Assembly (NCBI GenBank): GCA_963762145.1
Contig: CAVXJS010000016.1
Coordinates: forward strand, 32,001 to 96,000
Source of the DNA: an uncultured Candidatus Rokubacteria bacterium
GTDB lineage: Bacteria; Methylomirabilota; Methylomirabilia; Rokubacteriales; CSP1-6
Direction of reading: 5' to 3'
DNA: 64,000 bases
The notes under the pieces are model-generated. The model was not told where the DNA came from, ran no database searches, and worked only from the letters and a program-made list of their open reading frames with translations. How positions within the stretch are numbered: the first letter of the stretch is position 1; each line of letters starts with the position of its first letter. Shown here in pieces: positions 29,575 to 39,511 of this stretch. Made by a program: the position numbers and the translations under genes.

Positions 29575-31053
29575 ATGGCGCACGACGTGGTGGTGATCGG
29601 CGGCGGCAATGCGGCTCTCTGCGCGGCGCTCGCCGCGCGCGAGGGCGGAGCCTCGGTGCTGGTGCTCGAGAAGGCGCCGGAGTCCGAGCGGGGCGGCAAC
29701 TCCTTCTTCACCGCGGGCGGGTTCCGCTTCGCCCACCACGGCCTCGAGGATCTCCGGCGCGACGTCATCCCCGACCTGAGCGACGAGGAGGCGCGGACCA
29801 TCACCATCCCCGCCTACACCGAGGACCAGTACTACGACGACATCATGCGCGTCACCGAGGGTCGCTCCGATCTCGACCTGGCCCAGCACCTGGTGCAGCG
29901 CTCGAAGCCGACCGTGATGTGGATGCGCACCCAGGGCATCCGCTGGATCCTCATGTTCAGCCGGCAGTCCTACAAGGTTGGCGACCGCCACCACTTCTGG
30001 GGCGGCCTCAACCTCGAGGCGGTGGGCGGCGGGCCGGGCCTGGTCGAAGCGCTCTTCGAGCGGGCGGCCAAGGTGGGCATCGAGGTGCGCTACGGGATGG
30101 CCGGGCACCAGCTGATCCAGGACGCATCCGGCCGCGTGACCGGGGTCAGGGTCCGCAGCGCCACGGGCTCGAGCGAGATCCCCTGCCGCGCGGTGGTCAT
30201 CGCGTCGGGCGGCTTCGAGGCCAACCCCGAGTGGCGCACCCGCTACCTGGGCCCCAACTGGGACCTCGCGCGCGTGCGGGGCACCCGCCACAACGTGGGC
30301 GAGGGCATCGCGATGGCGCTCGAGATCGGGGCGCAGGCCTACGGCCACTGGTCGTCCTGCCACGCGGTGGCGTGGGATCTCAACGCGCCCGCCTTCGGCG
30401 ATCGGCGCGTGGGCGACATGTTCCAGAAGCACTCGTACCCGCTCGGGCTGATCGTCAACGTGCGCGGCGAGCGCTTCGTGGACGAGGGCGCCGACTTCCG
30501 CAACTACACCTACGCGAAGTACGGGCGCGAGATCCTGCGCCAGCCGCAGGAGGCCGCCTTCCAGATCTTCGACCAGAAGACGGTGGAGCTGCTGCGCGAG
30601 GAGTACCGCATCCGCGAGATCACCAAGGCCGAGGCGGGCACCATCGAGGAGCTGGCCAAGAAGCTCGAGATCAACCCGGAAGGGCTGGCCCGCACCGTGC
30701 GCGAGTTCAACGGGGCGGTGATGGACCAGGTGCCGTTCAACCCCGCGGTGCTCGACGGCCGGGGCACGCGCGGTATCAGCCCGCCCAAGTCCAACTGGGC
30801 GCAGCGGCTCGACAGCCCGCCCTACGTGGGCTTCGGGGTCACGTGCGGGATCACGTTCACCTTCGGCGGCCTGCGGGTGGACACGCGCGCCCAGGTGCTC
30901 GACACGTGGGACCGGCCCATCCCGGGCCTCTACGCGGCGGGCGAGCTGGTGGGCGGGCTCTTCTACCACAACTACCCGGGCGGCACCGGCCTCATGTCGG
31001 GCGCCGTCTTCGGCAAGACCGCGGGCGACTCCGTCGCCGCCGACCTCAAATAG
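29575..31053 (+). CDS. FAD-dependent TcuA-like (flavocytochrome c-type) dehydrogenase
   Basis: VIGGGNAA, RGGNS, SGGFEAN, RFVDEG, ITFTFGGL, NYPGGTGL. Confidence 0.88.
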   Translation: MAHDVVVIGGGNAALCAALAAREGGASVLVLEKAPESERGGNSFFTAGGFRFAHHGLEDLRRDVIPDLSDEEARTITIPAYTEDQYYDDIMRVTEGRSDLDLAQHLVQRSKPTVMWMRTQGIRWILMFSRQSYKVGDRHHFWGGLNLEAVGGGPGLVEALFERAAKVGIEVRYGMAGHQLIQDASGRVTGVRVRSATGSSEIPCRAVVIASGGFEANPEWRTRYLGPNWDLARVRGTRHNVGEGIAMALEIGAQAYGHWSSCHAVAWDLNAPAFGDRRVGDMFQKHSYPLGLIVNVRGERFVDEGADFRNYTYAKYGREILRQPQEAAFQIFDQKTVELLREEYRIREITKAEAGTIEELAKKLEINPEGLARTVREFNGAVMDQVPFNPAVLDGRGTRGISPPKSNWAQRLDSPPYVGFGVTCGITFTFGGLRVDTRAQVLDTWDRPIPGLYAAGELVGGLFYHNYPGGTGLMSGAVFGKTAGDSVAADLK

Positions 31054-31136
31054 GGGTCAGGTCTTGAATTACGACATTTTCGGCACGCGAGGACACATCT
31101 CCCGCGGACAAATGTCGTAATTCAAGACCTGACCCC
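31053..31136. repeat. 84-bp palindromic MITE/REPIN-like element with perfect 27-bp arms
   Basis: ggggtcaggtcttgaattacgacattt (31053-31079) and its exact reverse complement (31110-31136), 30-bp spacer, between convergent genes. Confidence 0.9.
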
Positions 31137-31151
31137 AGATCGGCGCCGCCC

Positions 31152-32147
31152 TCAGGCGTCGTGCTTGTGGTGGCGGAGGATCTCGAGGAAGGTGTCGACG
31201 ACGCGCGGGTCCCAGTAGCCGGCGTCGGCCTCGCGGATCAGGGTGGAGACCGCCTCCGAGCGCGGGAGGGCCGCCTTGTACGGGCGGTCGGTGTGTAGCG
31301 CGTCGAAGACGTCCACCACCGAGATGATGCGGGCCCCCAGCGGGATCGCCTCCCCCTTGAGTCCGTCGGGGTAACCCGAGCCGTCCCACTTCTCGTGGTG
31401 ATGGCGCATGATCGGACGCACCAGCTCCATGCTGCGCAGGCCGAGGACGAGGTCGGAGCCGGCGCCCGGGTGCGCGCGAATCCGCTCGTACTCCATGGGA
31501 TCGAGCGGGCCGGGCTTGAGCAGGATGCCGTCGGGCACCGAGATCTTGCCGAGATCGTGGAGGTAGCCGCCCAGGCGGAGGGAGCGCACCATCTCCGCGT
31601 CGAGCCCGAGCGCCTCCCCCACCGCCACCGCGTAGCGTGACAACCGGTCGCAGTGGCCGAGGGTGTACGGATCGCGCGCCTCGATGGTGAGCGCCAGCGT
31701 GGTGATCACCGCCTCGGCGCGCTCGAGCTGGCTCAGGAGCTGCCGCACGCGCAGCAGCGCGGCCAGGCGGGTGCGCAGCTCCACGAACTCCACCGGTTTC
31801 GTGAAGAAGTCGTCCGCTCCCGCCGCGAGCCCGGCCACCCGCGCCTCCAGGTCCCCCACCGCGGTGAGGATGACCACCGGCATCAGCTCGTAGCGCGGAT
31901 CGGCCTTGAGCCGGGCACAGAGCTCGATGCCGCTCATGGCGCCCAGATGCACGTCGGTGAGCACGAGGTCCGGGCTCACCACGTTGAGCGCGTCGAGCGC
32001 CTGCTCGGCGGAGGCGGCGATGAGGAGCCGGTAGCCGAGCGCGGCGAGCAGGCCGGAGAGGACATCGCGGATGTGCAGGTCGTCCTCGACGACCAGGATC
32101 GTCGGCCGGTCGGGCAGCGCGGATTCGAGATCGAGGCTAGCGCTCAT
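31152..32147 (-). CDS. Response regulator with HD-GYP phosphodiesterase (RpfG-like)
   Basis: ILVVEDD..LTD..KP receiver; HDLGK, HHHEKWDGSGYP, DVFDAL..RPY; alternative start at 32222. Confidence 0.94.
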   Translation of the reverse strand: MSASLDLESALPDRPTILVVEDDLHIRDVLSGLLAALGYRLLIAASAEQALDALNVVSPDLVLTDVHLGAMSGIELCARLKADPRYELMPVVILTAVGDLEARVAGLAAGADDFFTKPVEFVELRTRLAALLRVRQLLSQLERAEAVITTLALTIEARDPYTLGHCDRLSRYAVAVGEALGLDAEMVRSLRLGGYLHDLGKISVPDGILLKPGPLDPMEYERIRAHPGAGSDLVLGLRSMELVRPIMRHHHEKWDGSGYPDGLKGEAIPLGARIISVVDVFDALHTDRPYKAALPRSEAVSTLIREADAGYWDPRVVDTFLEILRHHKHDA

Positions 32148-32313
32148 CGAGTGCCCGCTATCCACGCCAGCACGTCCTGCCGATCCCGGCCCTCCTCGAG
32201 CACGGAGCGGGAGCGAGGCCATGCCGCGGGAGCGGCGTGCTCGAGGCTCAGGTCTCCGATGGGCTCGGTCAAGGCGGCTATCTTACTCCAGGCGGGCGGC
32301 GAAAGTGCCCGGA

Positions 32314-33460
32314 TCAGGCCGCGGCGTTGAGGCGAACGGTCTCGACGAGGAGCCCGGCGGTGAGCACGAGATCGCGGACGTCCACCCACTCGTTCACGGT
32401 GTGGATCTCGCGCATGCCGCAGGCGAGGTTGGCGATCTCGAGGCCGCGCTCCACGAAGACGTTGGCGTCCGAGCCCCCGCCGGTGCCCCGCGTGGCGCAC
32501 GTGCGCCCGATCGCGCCCGCCGCGGACTGCACCAGGCGGACGATCGCGGCCTCGTCGCGGATGTCGAGCCGGCCGTACTGGCGGTCGATCTGGGCCTCCA
32601 CGCTGCGCCTCGTACTGACGATCCCCCACCCGCACGCGATGCCGGGCCGCCGCCTCGTCGAAGCAGCGCCGCATGTGCTCGGTCTGGGCCGCGAGCTTCT
32701 CCAGGCTCAGGCTGCGGGTCTCGCCCCGCACCATCACCGAGGCGGGCACGATGTTGCCGGCGAGGCCGCCCTGGATGACACCGAGGTTCGCGGTGGTCTC
32801 CGCGTCCAGGCGGCCGAGCTTCATCGCCGCGATCGCTTCCGACGCGATGCGGATCGCGCTCATCCCCTGCTCCGGGCAGATGCCCGCGTGGGCGGCGAGG
32901 CCCTGGACGGTGAAGGTCATGCGGTTGGCCGCGGGCGCCCGCGTGATCAGCTCGCAGACGCCGTCCACGTCGAGCACGAGGCCGCGCTTCGCGCGGAGGC
33001 GGGCGGTGTCGAAGTTCTTGGCGCCCAGGAGCCCGTTCTCCTCGCAGATCGTGAGCACCAGCTCGAGATCGCCGTGGGGGATGCGCCGCTCGCGGAGGAC
33101 GCGCACCGCTTCCAGGATCGCCACCACGCCCGCCTTGTCGTCGCCGCCCAGCACGCTGGTGCCGTCGGTCCGGATCACGTCGCCCTCCACCACCGGGTGG
33201 ATGGCCTCGGCCGGGCCCACCGTGTCCATGTGGCCCGAAAGCAGGAAGGGCGGAGCTCCCGGCGTGTTGCCCGGGAAGCGCGCGAGCAGGTTGCCGGTGT
33301 CGCCGCCGATCGTCTCCCCCGCCCCGTCCACCTCCACGCTCCCGCCCATGGCCTTGAGGATGGTCTCGAGGCGCCGCGCGATCGGGCCCTCGCGGCGGGA
33401 AGGGCTCGAGATGGAGACCAGCTCCAGAAACTCGTCCTTGAGTCGTGCCGCGTTGATCAC
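32314..33460 (-). CDS. M20 peptidase T-like (YqjE) metallopeptidase; indel at ~32605
   Basis: GHMDTV, LGGDDKAG, CEENG, AHAG, GGGSDAN, IHTVNE. Confidence 0.92.
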
Positions 33461-33467
33461 AGCTCGC

Positions 33468-34251
33468 TCACGCCCAGACGATGTCGAAGACGCGGCAGGT
33501 GTTGACGGTGAGCTGGTACATCGCCTCGTCCACCGGCAGCCGCTTGATCTTCGCCACTTCTTCCGCCACCCGCGCGACCAGCCACGGTCCCGAGGTGACG
33601 TTCTCGAACTCGCCCTGGTACTGCCAGGGCGCGTCGCTCTCGACCAGCAGCGATTCGATCGGCACGCGCTCGACCATCTCGCGGTCGCGGTCGCGGTAGA
33701 TCAGATCCGGCGTCACCGAGACGAGGTAGCCCGCGTCCACGATCTCGCGGGTGACCTCGGGCGAGCGCCTTGTGCCAGTGGAACACCGCGCGGTCCACGT
33801 CCCGCCGCTTGAGGATCGCGAGCGCGTCGGCGGCCGCCCCGTGGGGCGCGTGGAGGATGACCGGCAGGTCGTAGCGGCCGGCCAGGTCGACCAGGCGCTC
33901 GAGGCGCTCGCGGGCCTCGCGGCGCACCGCGTCCGCGTCGGCTACCGCGCCCAGGCCGTACCACGGCAGCCCCACCTCGCCGACCGCGACCAGGCGTGCG
34001 TGGTTGGCGTGGATCTGCTGCTCCACCGCTTCCAGGTCCTCGCGGGTGAGCTTCCACTCGGGATGAAAGCCGAGCGCGGGCCACACCGCCTTGGCGTTCT
34101 CGAGCGCGGCCTGCAGCGTGCGCTCGTTGGTGCCGTGGTCGCAGCCGACCGCGACCGCGCCCCACACGTTGTGCTCGGTGGCGCGGACGACGGTGCCGCG
34201 CACGTCCGCGAAGGCCGGGTCGTGCAGGTGGCAGTGGCTGTCGACGATCAT
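33468..34251 (-). CDS. TatD-family hydrolase; indel at ~33760
   Basis: DSHCHL, GFHP, VGEVGL, ILH, VFHW, VESDAP. Confidence 0.92.
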
Positions 34252-35594
34252 GAGCCGGCGACCGTCATCCGGCCGATGAGCAGCGTCGGGGCGGAGGTGC
34301 GGTCGCGGAACACGAGATCGTTGCCGACGCCCTCGACCGCCTGGAACATGTCGAGCAGGTTGCCCGCGATGGTGATCTCCTCGACCGGGTAGGCGAGCTC
34401 GCCGTTCTCGATCCAGAGGCCGGCCGCCCCGCGCGAGTAGTCGCCGGTGACCCCGTTGACCCCGAAGCCGATCAGCTCGGTGACGTAGAGGCCGTTCTTC
34501 ACGCTGCGGATCAGGTCCGCCGGATCCTGGTCCCGCCGCCTGAGGTGGAGGTTGGTGGTGGACACGCTCACCCCGCTGCCGTCGCGGGCCGCGTGGTGGG
34601 TGGACGGCAGCCCGAGCTTCCGGCCGCTGTAGGTGTCGAGCAGGTAGGAGCGCAGCACGCCCTGCTCGACCACCACGGTGCGGCGCACCGGCAGGCCCTC
34701 GCCGTCGAACGGGCGCGAGCCGAGCGCGCCCGGGAGCGTGCCGTCGTCGACGATGGTCACCGACGGGCGCCGCGATGCGCTCGCCGAGCTTGCCCACCAG
34801 GAAGGACGCGCCGCGGTAGAGCGACGGGCCGGCGGCCGCGCCCGCGACGTGGCGCACGCAGGCCGGCCGCCATGTCCGGGTCGAAGATCACCGGCACCTC
34901 GGCGGTCGGCACCTGCCGCGCGCCGAGGCGGCGCAGCGCGCGCCGCGCCGCGATGCGGCCGATCTCCTCGGGCGCCTCGAGGCAGCGCGCGCTTGCGCGC
35001 TGACGTGATACCAGTAGTCGCGCTGCATCTCGCCGTTCTGCGGTCGCCACCGGGGAGACCGCGAGGCTGAACGACGACGTCTCGGTACTCGCCCGCGAAG
35101 CCGTGGCTGTTCGCGTAGGCGTAGCGCGCCCGGCGGTCGTAGAAGTCGCCCGCCCTCGGAGTTGGTGATCCGCGGGATCGGCCTCGAGCGCGGCCGCCTC
35201 GCAGCGGCGGGCCAGCTCGATCTTCTCCTCGGGCGCGAGGTCGTGGCCGCGCGGGATCGTCCAGGTCGAGATCGGGCACCTGGCGCGCCAGCTCGCCGGC
35301 GTCCGGCAAGCCCGCGCGATCTCGTCCGGACTGGTGATGCGGGCCAGGGAGACCGCCTCGTCCACCAGCCGCGCCGACCGACTCGGGCGAGAGGTCGGAC
35401 GTGGAGGCGGCCGCCACCGACTTGCCCACGAACACCCGCAGCGAGATGTGCTGCTCGCGCGCGTGCTTGACGGTGTCCACCTGGCCGAGGCGCACCTGCG
35501 CCGAGAACGACTGGTCCGCCACCACGAACGCGTCGGCGGCGGTGGCGCCCCGGCGCGTGGCCTGCTGCAGGAGATCGGCGAGCAGCTCGCGCAT
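34248..35594 (-). CDS. pmbA: PmbA/TldE; multiple indels
   Basis: FDGEGLP, GVNGVTGDYSRGAAG, PVEEITIAGNL. Confidence 0.9.
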   Translation of the reverse strand: MRELLADLLQQATRRGATAADAFVVADQSFSAQVRLGQVDTVKHAREQHISLRVFVGKSVAAASTSDLSPESVGAAGGRGGLPGPHHQSGRDRAGLPDAGELARQVPDLDLDDPARPRPRARGEDRAGPPLRGGRARGRSRGSPTPRAGDFYDRRARYAYANSHGFAGEYRDVVVQPRGLPGGDRRTARCSATTGITSARKRALPRGARGDRPHRGAARAAPPRRAAGADRRGAGDLRPGHGGRPACATSRARPPARRSTAARPSWWASSASASRRPSVTIVDDGTLPGALGSRPFDGEGLPVRRTVVVEQGVLRSYLLDTYSGRKLGLPSTHHAARDGSGVSVSTTNLHLRRRDQDPADLIRSVKNGLYVTELIGFGVNGVTGDYSRGAAGLWIENGELAYPVEEITIAGNLLDMFQAVEGVGNDLVFRDRTSAPTLLIGRMTVAGS

Positions 35595-35599
35595 GCGGC

Positions 35600-37039
35600 T
35601 CAGACCTGGGTGCCGCCGACCGTCATGCCGTCGATGCGGATCGTCGGCAGGCCTACGCCGACCGGCACCGACTGTCCGTCCTTGCCGCACGTGCCCACGC
35701 CCTCGTCGAGCTTGAGATCGTGGCCGACCCGCTGACCCGCGTCAGCGCCTCGGGCCCGTTGCCGATCAGCGTCGCGCCCTTCACCGGGCGCGTCACGCGG
35801 CCGTCCTCGATCAGGTAGGCCTCGCTCGCCGAGAACACGAACTTGCCGTTGGTGATGTCGACCTGGCCGCCGCCGAAGTTCACCGCGTAGAGGCCGCTTG
35901 GCGACCGAGCGGATGATGTCGGCGGGGTCGTCCTCGCCCGCGAGCATGAACGTGTTGGTCATGCGCGGCATCGGGGGATGCGCGTAGGACTCGCGCCGGC
36001 CGTTGCCGGTGACCTCCATGCCCATGAGCCGCGCGTTGAGCCGGTCCTGCAGGTAGCCGCGAAGGATCGCCCTTCTCGATGAGCACGTTGCGCCGCGTGG
36101 GCACGCCCTCGTCGTCCACGTTGAGCGAGCCGCGGCGGTTCGGGATCGTGCCGTCGTCGACCACCGTGACCAGCTCCGAGGCCACCGACTGGCCGAGTCG
36201 GCCCGAGAACGCCGAGGTCTTCTTGCGGTTGAAGTCGCCCTCGAGGCCGTGGCCGACCGCCTCGTGGAGCAGGATGCCCGGCCAGCCGGGCCCGAGCACC
36301 ACCGTCATCGTCGCCGGCGGGCGCGTCCACCGCGTCGAGCTTCATGAGGGCCTGGCGCACCGCCTCACCGGCGAAGCGCTTCCAGCGGTCCTGCTCGAGG
36401 AAGAAGTCGAAGGCCACCCGGCCGCCGCCGCCGAAGCTGCCGATCTCGCGCTGTCGTGCCGTCCTCGACGATCACCGTGACGTTGAGCCGCGTGAGCGGG
36501 CGCACGTCGCCGACCGTCCAGCCCGAGGGCGTCGCGATCATGACCACGACCTCCTCGCTGCCGAGCGTCGCGATGACCTGGCGCACGCGCGGATCGAGGC
36601 CGCGGGCCTCCGCGTCCATCCGGCCCAGCAGCTTGAGCTTGCGGTCCAGATCGGCCGAGGTCGGAGGCTCGGCCAGCGTGTAGAGATCGTGCGGCGGCCC
36701 GTCGCCGCCCACCGCCACCACCGCCGATGTCGAGGAACGGTCCGCGATCGCGCGCGCCTGTCGTGCGGCTTCCTCGAGATTGGGCAGGGCCAGATCGTCG
36801 GTGTGCGCGTAGCCGGTGCGCTCGCCGGACTGGGCCCGGAGGCCGGCCCCCTGGCTCACGTGCCGGGCCGCCTTCTTCACCGACCCTTCCTCCAGCACCA
36901 GCTCCTCGCTGATCCGGTACTCGAGGAAGAGATCGGCGTGGTCCACGCGTCCGGAGAGGGTCGAGCCGAGCAGCCGCTCCATGGTCCCCGCGTTGAGGCC
37001 GAATCGGTCTGCGAAGAAGCGCTCGGGGCGGGCTAGCAT
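35600..37039 (-). CDS. tldD: TldD metalloprotease; multiple indels
   Basis: [49 protein letters not shown]. Confidence 0.94.
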
Positions 37040-37195
37040 TTCCGTCTCCTTGGAGGTCTCAAGGGGGTTCATCCTAGCATCGGCTCCGGAAGGGACCCCC
37101 AATGTTTAGCAGCCGTGGAACGTCGGATACGACTGTTTCGATTATCTCAGATGTGTCCACGTCTTGCCGACGCGCGCCTCCGGCGCGAGACGAGG

Positions 37196-38002
37196 TCAGT
37201 CGCGCGCGTCGAGGGCTTCCTGCACCAGCTCGTGCAGCCGTCTGAGCCCGGTCAGCAGCGACGGGCCAGGGCTCAGGATGTCGGCGCCGTCCATCTCGTG
37301 GACGCGATGGCCCCGCACCGCGCTGATCCGATCCCAGCCCGGGCGGGCCGCGATCGCGGCCAGATCGGCCGGCTTGCCGCACCACGAGGCGACGATCACC
37401 TGCGGGTCCCGCCGGATCACCTCGGCGGGATCCACCACGCGCTCGCGCGCGCTCTTGCCGTCGCGCAGATCCGCGAACACGTCGCGCCCGCCCGCCGCCT
37501 CGATCAGCTCCGAGACCCAGCGGATGCCCGCGATGAGCGGCTCGGGCCATTCCTCGAAGTACACGCGCGGCCGGTCGGGCCACACGCGGGAGAACTCCCG
37601 CACCTGGGTGATCTCGTCGCGCATGTCGAGCACGAGGGCGCGCGCGGCGGGCTCGGTCCCGAGCAGGCCGCCCACCGTGAGGATCGTCCGCATGACTTCC
37701 TCGACCGAGCGCGGGTTCGCACAGAAGACGGGCAGCCCGGCCCGGATCAGCTCCGCGCTCACGTCGGCCTGCAGATCCGAGAACGCGAGGACCAGGTCCG
37801 GCTCGAGCGCGAGGATCCGGTCGACGCGAAAGGTCGTGAAGCCGCCCACCCGCGGCTTGTCCGCCGCCTCCGCGGGCCGCCGCGCGGTGCCGGGCACGCC
37901 CACCACCCGGTCGCCCGCGCCCAGCGCGTAGCAGATCTCCACGTGCTCCGCGCTCAGGCAGACGACGCGGCGCGGGAACTCGACCGGGGACTTGCCGTAC
38001 AC
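37196..38002 (-). CDS. BtuF-like cobalamin/siderophore-binding-fold protein without signal peptide
   Basis: PRRVVCL, PDLVL, RPRVYFEEW, AAGG, SWCGK, ILSPGP. Confidence 0.85.
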   Translation of the reverse strand: MYGKSPVEFPRRVVCLSAEHVEICYALGAGDRVVGVPGTARRPAEAADKPRVGGFTTFRVDRILALEPDLVLAFSDLQADVSAELIRAGLPVFCANPRSVEEVMRTILTVGGLLGTEPAARALVLDMRDEITQVREFSRVWPDRPRVYFEEWPEPLIAGIRWVSELIEAAGGRDVFADLRDGKSARERVVDPAEVIRRDPQVIVASWCGKPADLAAIAARPGWDRISAVRGHRVHEMDGADILSPGPSLLTGLRRLHELVQEALDARD

Positions 38003-38020
38003 GACGAGCCCTCAGTCCCG

Positions 38021-38057
38021 CCCCTCACCCTGCCCTCTCCCCTGAGGGGAGAGGGGG
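38021..38057. repeat. REP-like palindrome, CCCTCACCCT-CCCTCTCCCC/GGGGAGAGGG type
   Basis: 10-bp perfect stem 38033-38042/38046-38055; second copy at 47151-47184. Confidence 0.85.
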
Positions 38058-38063
38058 ATGAGG

Positions 38064-39404
38064 TTAAATGTCCCTGCCACCGTCGTAGAGCTCGGTCCGG
38101 GCGGTGCCTCGCTGGAAGGCGAGGTACTCCTCCTTGGTCATGCGCGGCTTCCAGGCCTTGAGGATCTCGCGCGCCGAGCCCGCGTCGTCCCACAGCATGT
38201 CCACCGCCATCAGCGCGAGCTGCTTGGCCGGCTCCACGTAGGCGAGCTTCGGGTCCGCGATCGCGTAGTCGGCGCCGTGCCCGCCGCCGGTGGCCCCGCC
38301 CATGTACGGATGGAGGGTCGGCATCACGTGAGAGATGTCGCCCATGTCGGTCGAGCCGCTGCGATGGCCCGATTCGATCACCTGGTCGGCGCCCAGGAGC
38401 GCGGCCGCGTTGGCCTTGAACTGCTCCGCCATGCCCATGTGGTTGAAGAGCGGCAGGTAGCCGGGGAGCGTCTCGATCTCCACCTGCGCTCCGAGCGCGA
38501 GCGCGCCGGCGCGGAGCGCCCGGTCCACCCGACGGTTGGCCTCGAGGATCGCCTCCACCGTCTTGCCGCGGACGTAGGTCTCGAGGCGCACCTCGCCCGG
38601 GATCACGTTCACCTGGCTGCCCCCGTGGGTGATGATCGGGTGCACGCGGATGGAGTCCTCGTCGCGGAAGGTCTCCCGCAGCGCGTTGATCGCGGAGAGG
38701 CCGATGTTGGCCGCGTAGAGCGCGTTGATCCCCATGTGCGGCGCGCCGCCCGCGTGGGAGGCGCGGCCGATGTAGCGGACCGTCTTCACGAGGCAGCCGT
38801 TGTTGGAGGCGGCCACCCCCGCCTTCTTCATGTCGGGCTGCGACGAGGTGTGGATCATCATGGCGAGATCGACGTCGTCGAAGTGGCCGAGGCGGAGCAG
38901 CTCGGGCTTGCCGCCGAGGAACTCGAGGCGTCCCGCGCGGGCCTGCTGCACGCGCCACTCGACGTCGCCGTATTCTTCCGCCGGGACCGCGAAGAAGACC
39001 ACGCGGCCGGCCAGGTGCTCGAAGGCGCGCGCCTCGCAGAGGCCCATCGCGGCGCCGAGGAGACCCGCCATCTGGGCGTTGTGGCCGCAGGCGTGCGCGG
39101 CGCCGGTCTCGGGATCGGCGATCGGATGCCCCGCCACCACCAGGCCGTCCAGCTCGCCCAGCAGCGCGAAGGTCGGGCCGTCCTTGACGCCCGCCGCCTC
39201 GGCCCGCACGCCGGTGAGCGCGAGGCCGCCCCGCGGCTTGAGCCCGAGCTCGGCCAGCGTCTCCTCGGCCAGGCGCGCGGTCTTGAACTCCTTGAAGCCG
39301 AGCTCGGGCTGGCGGCGGATGCGCTCGCCCAGGCCGATGATGCGCTCGGCGTTCCGGTCGATGGCCTTGCAGACAGAATCTTTGAGGTCCTTCTTAGTCG
39401 TCAT
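38064..39404 (-). CDS. M20 amidohydrolase (Acy1/AbgB-like)
   Basis: PELGFKE, ELDGL, HACGHN, PAEE, SHAG, STDMGD. Confidence 0.92.
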   Translation of the reverse strand: MTTKKDLKDSVCKAIDRNAERIIGLGERIRRQPELGFKEFKTARLAEETLAELGLKPRGGLALTGVRAEAAGVKDGPTFALLGELDGLVVAGHPIADPETGAAHACGHNAQMAGLLGAAMGLCEARAFEHLAGRVVFFAVPAEEYGDVEWRVQQARAGRLEFLGGKPELLRLGHFDDVDLAMMIHTSSQPDMKKAGVAASNNGCLVKTVRYIGRASHAGGAPHMGINALYAANIGLSAINALRETFRDEDSIRVHPIITHGGSQVNVIPGEVRLETYVRGKTVEAILEANRRVDRALRAGALALGAQVEIETLPGYLPLFNHMGMAEQFKANAAALLGADQVIESGHRSGSTDMGDISHVMPTLHPYMGGATGGGHGADYAIADPKLAYVEPAKQLALMAVDMLWDDAGSAREILKAWKPRMTKEEYLAFQRGTARTELYDGGRDI

Positions 39405-39511
39405 TGGTCTTTCACTCCGGTTTGCGGTTAGGCCTCTTCGCCCCGTTCGGGGCTCATCGGGGCGTCGTGGCTACCGTTTCGTGGCTACCCTTTGTTGGCT
39501 ACGTGTCGTGG

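Noticed and set aside
39437-39460. Hammerhead ribozyme-like core (CCGAUGA-GCCCC-GAAC-GGGGC-GAAG, minus strand)
   Set aside because: U4 and A15.1 deviate from the CUGAnGA/GAAA core, and I could not find partners for stems I and III.
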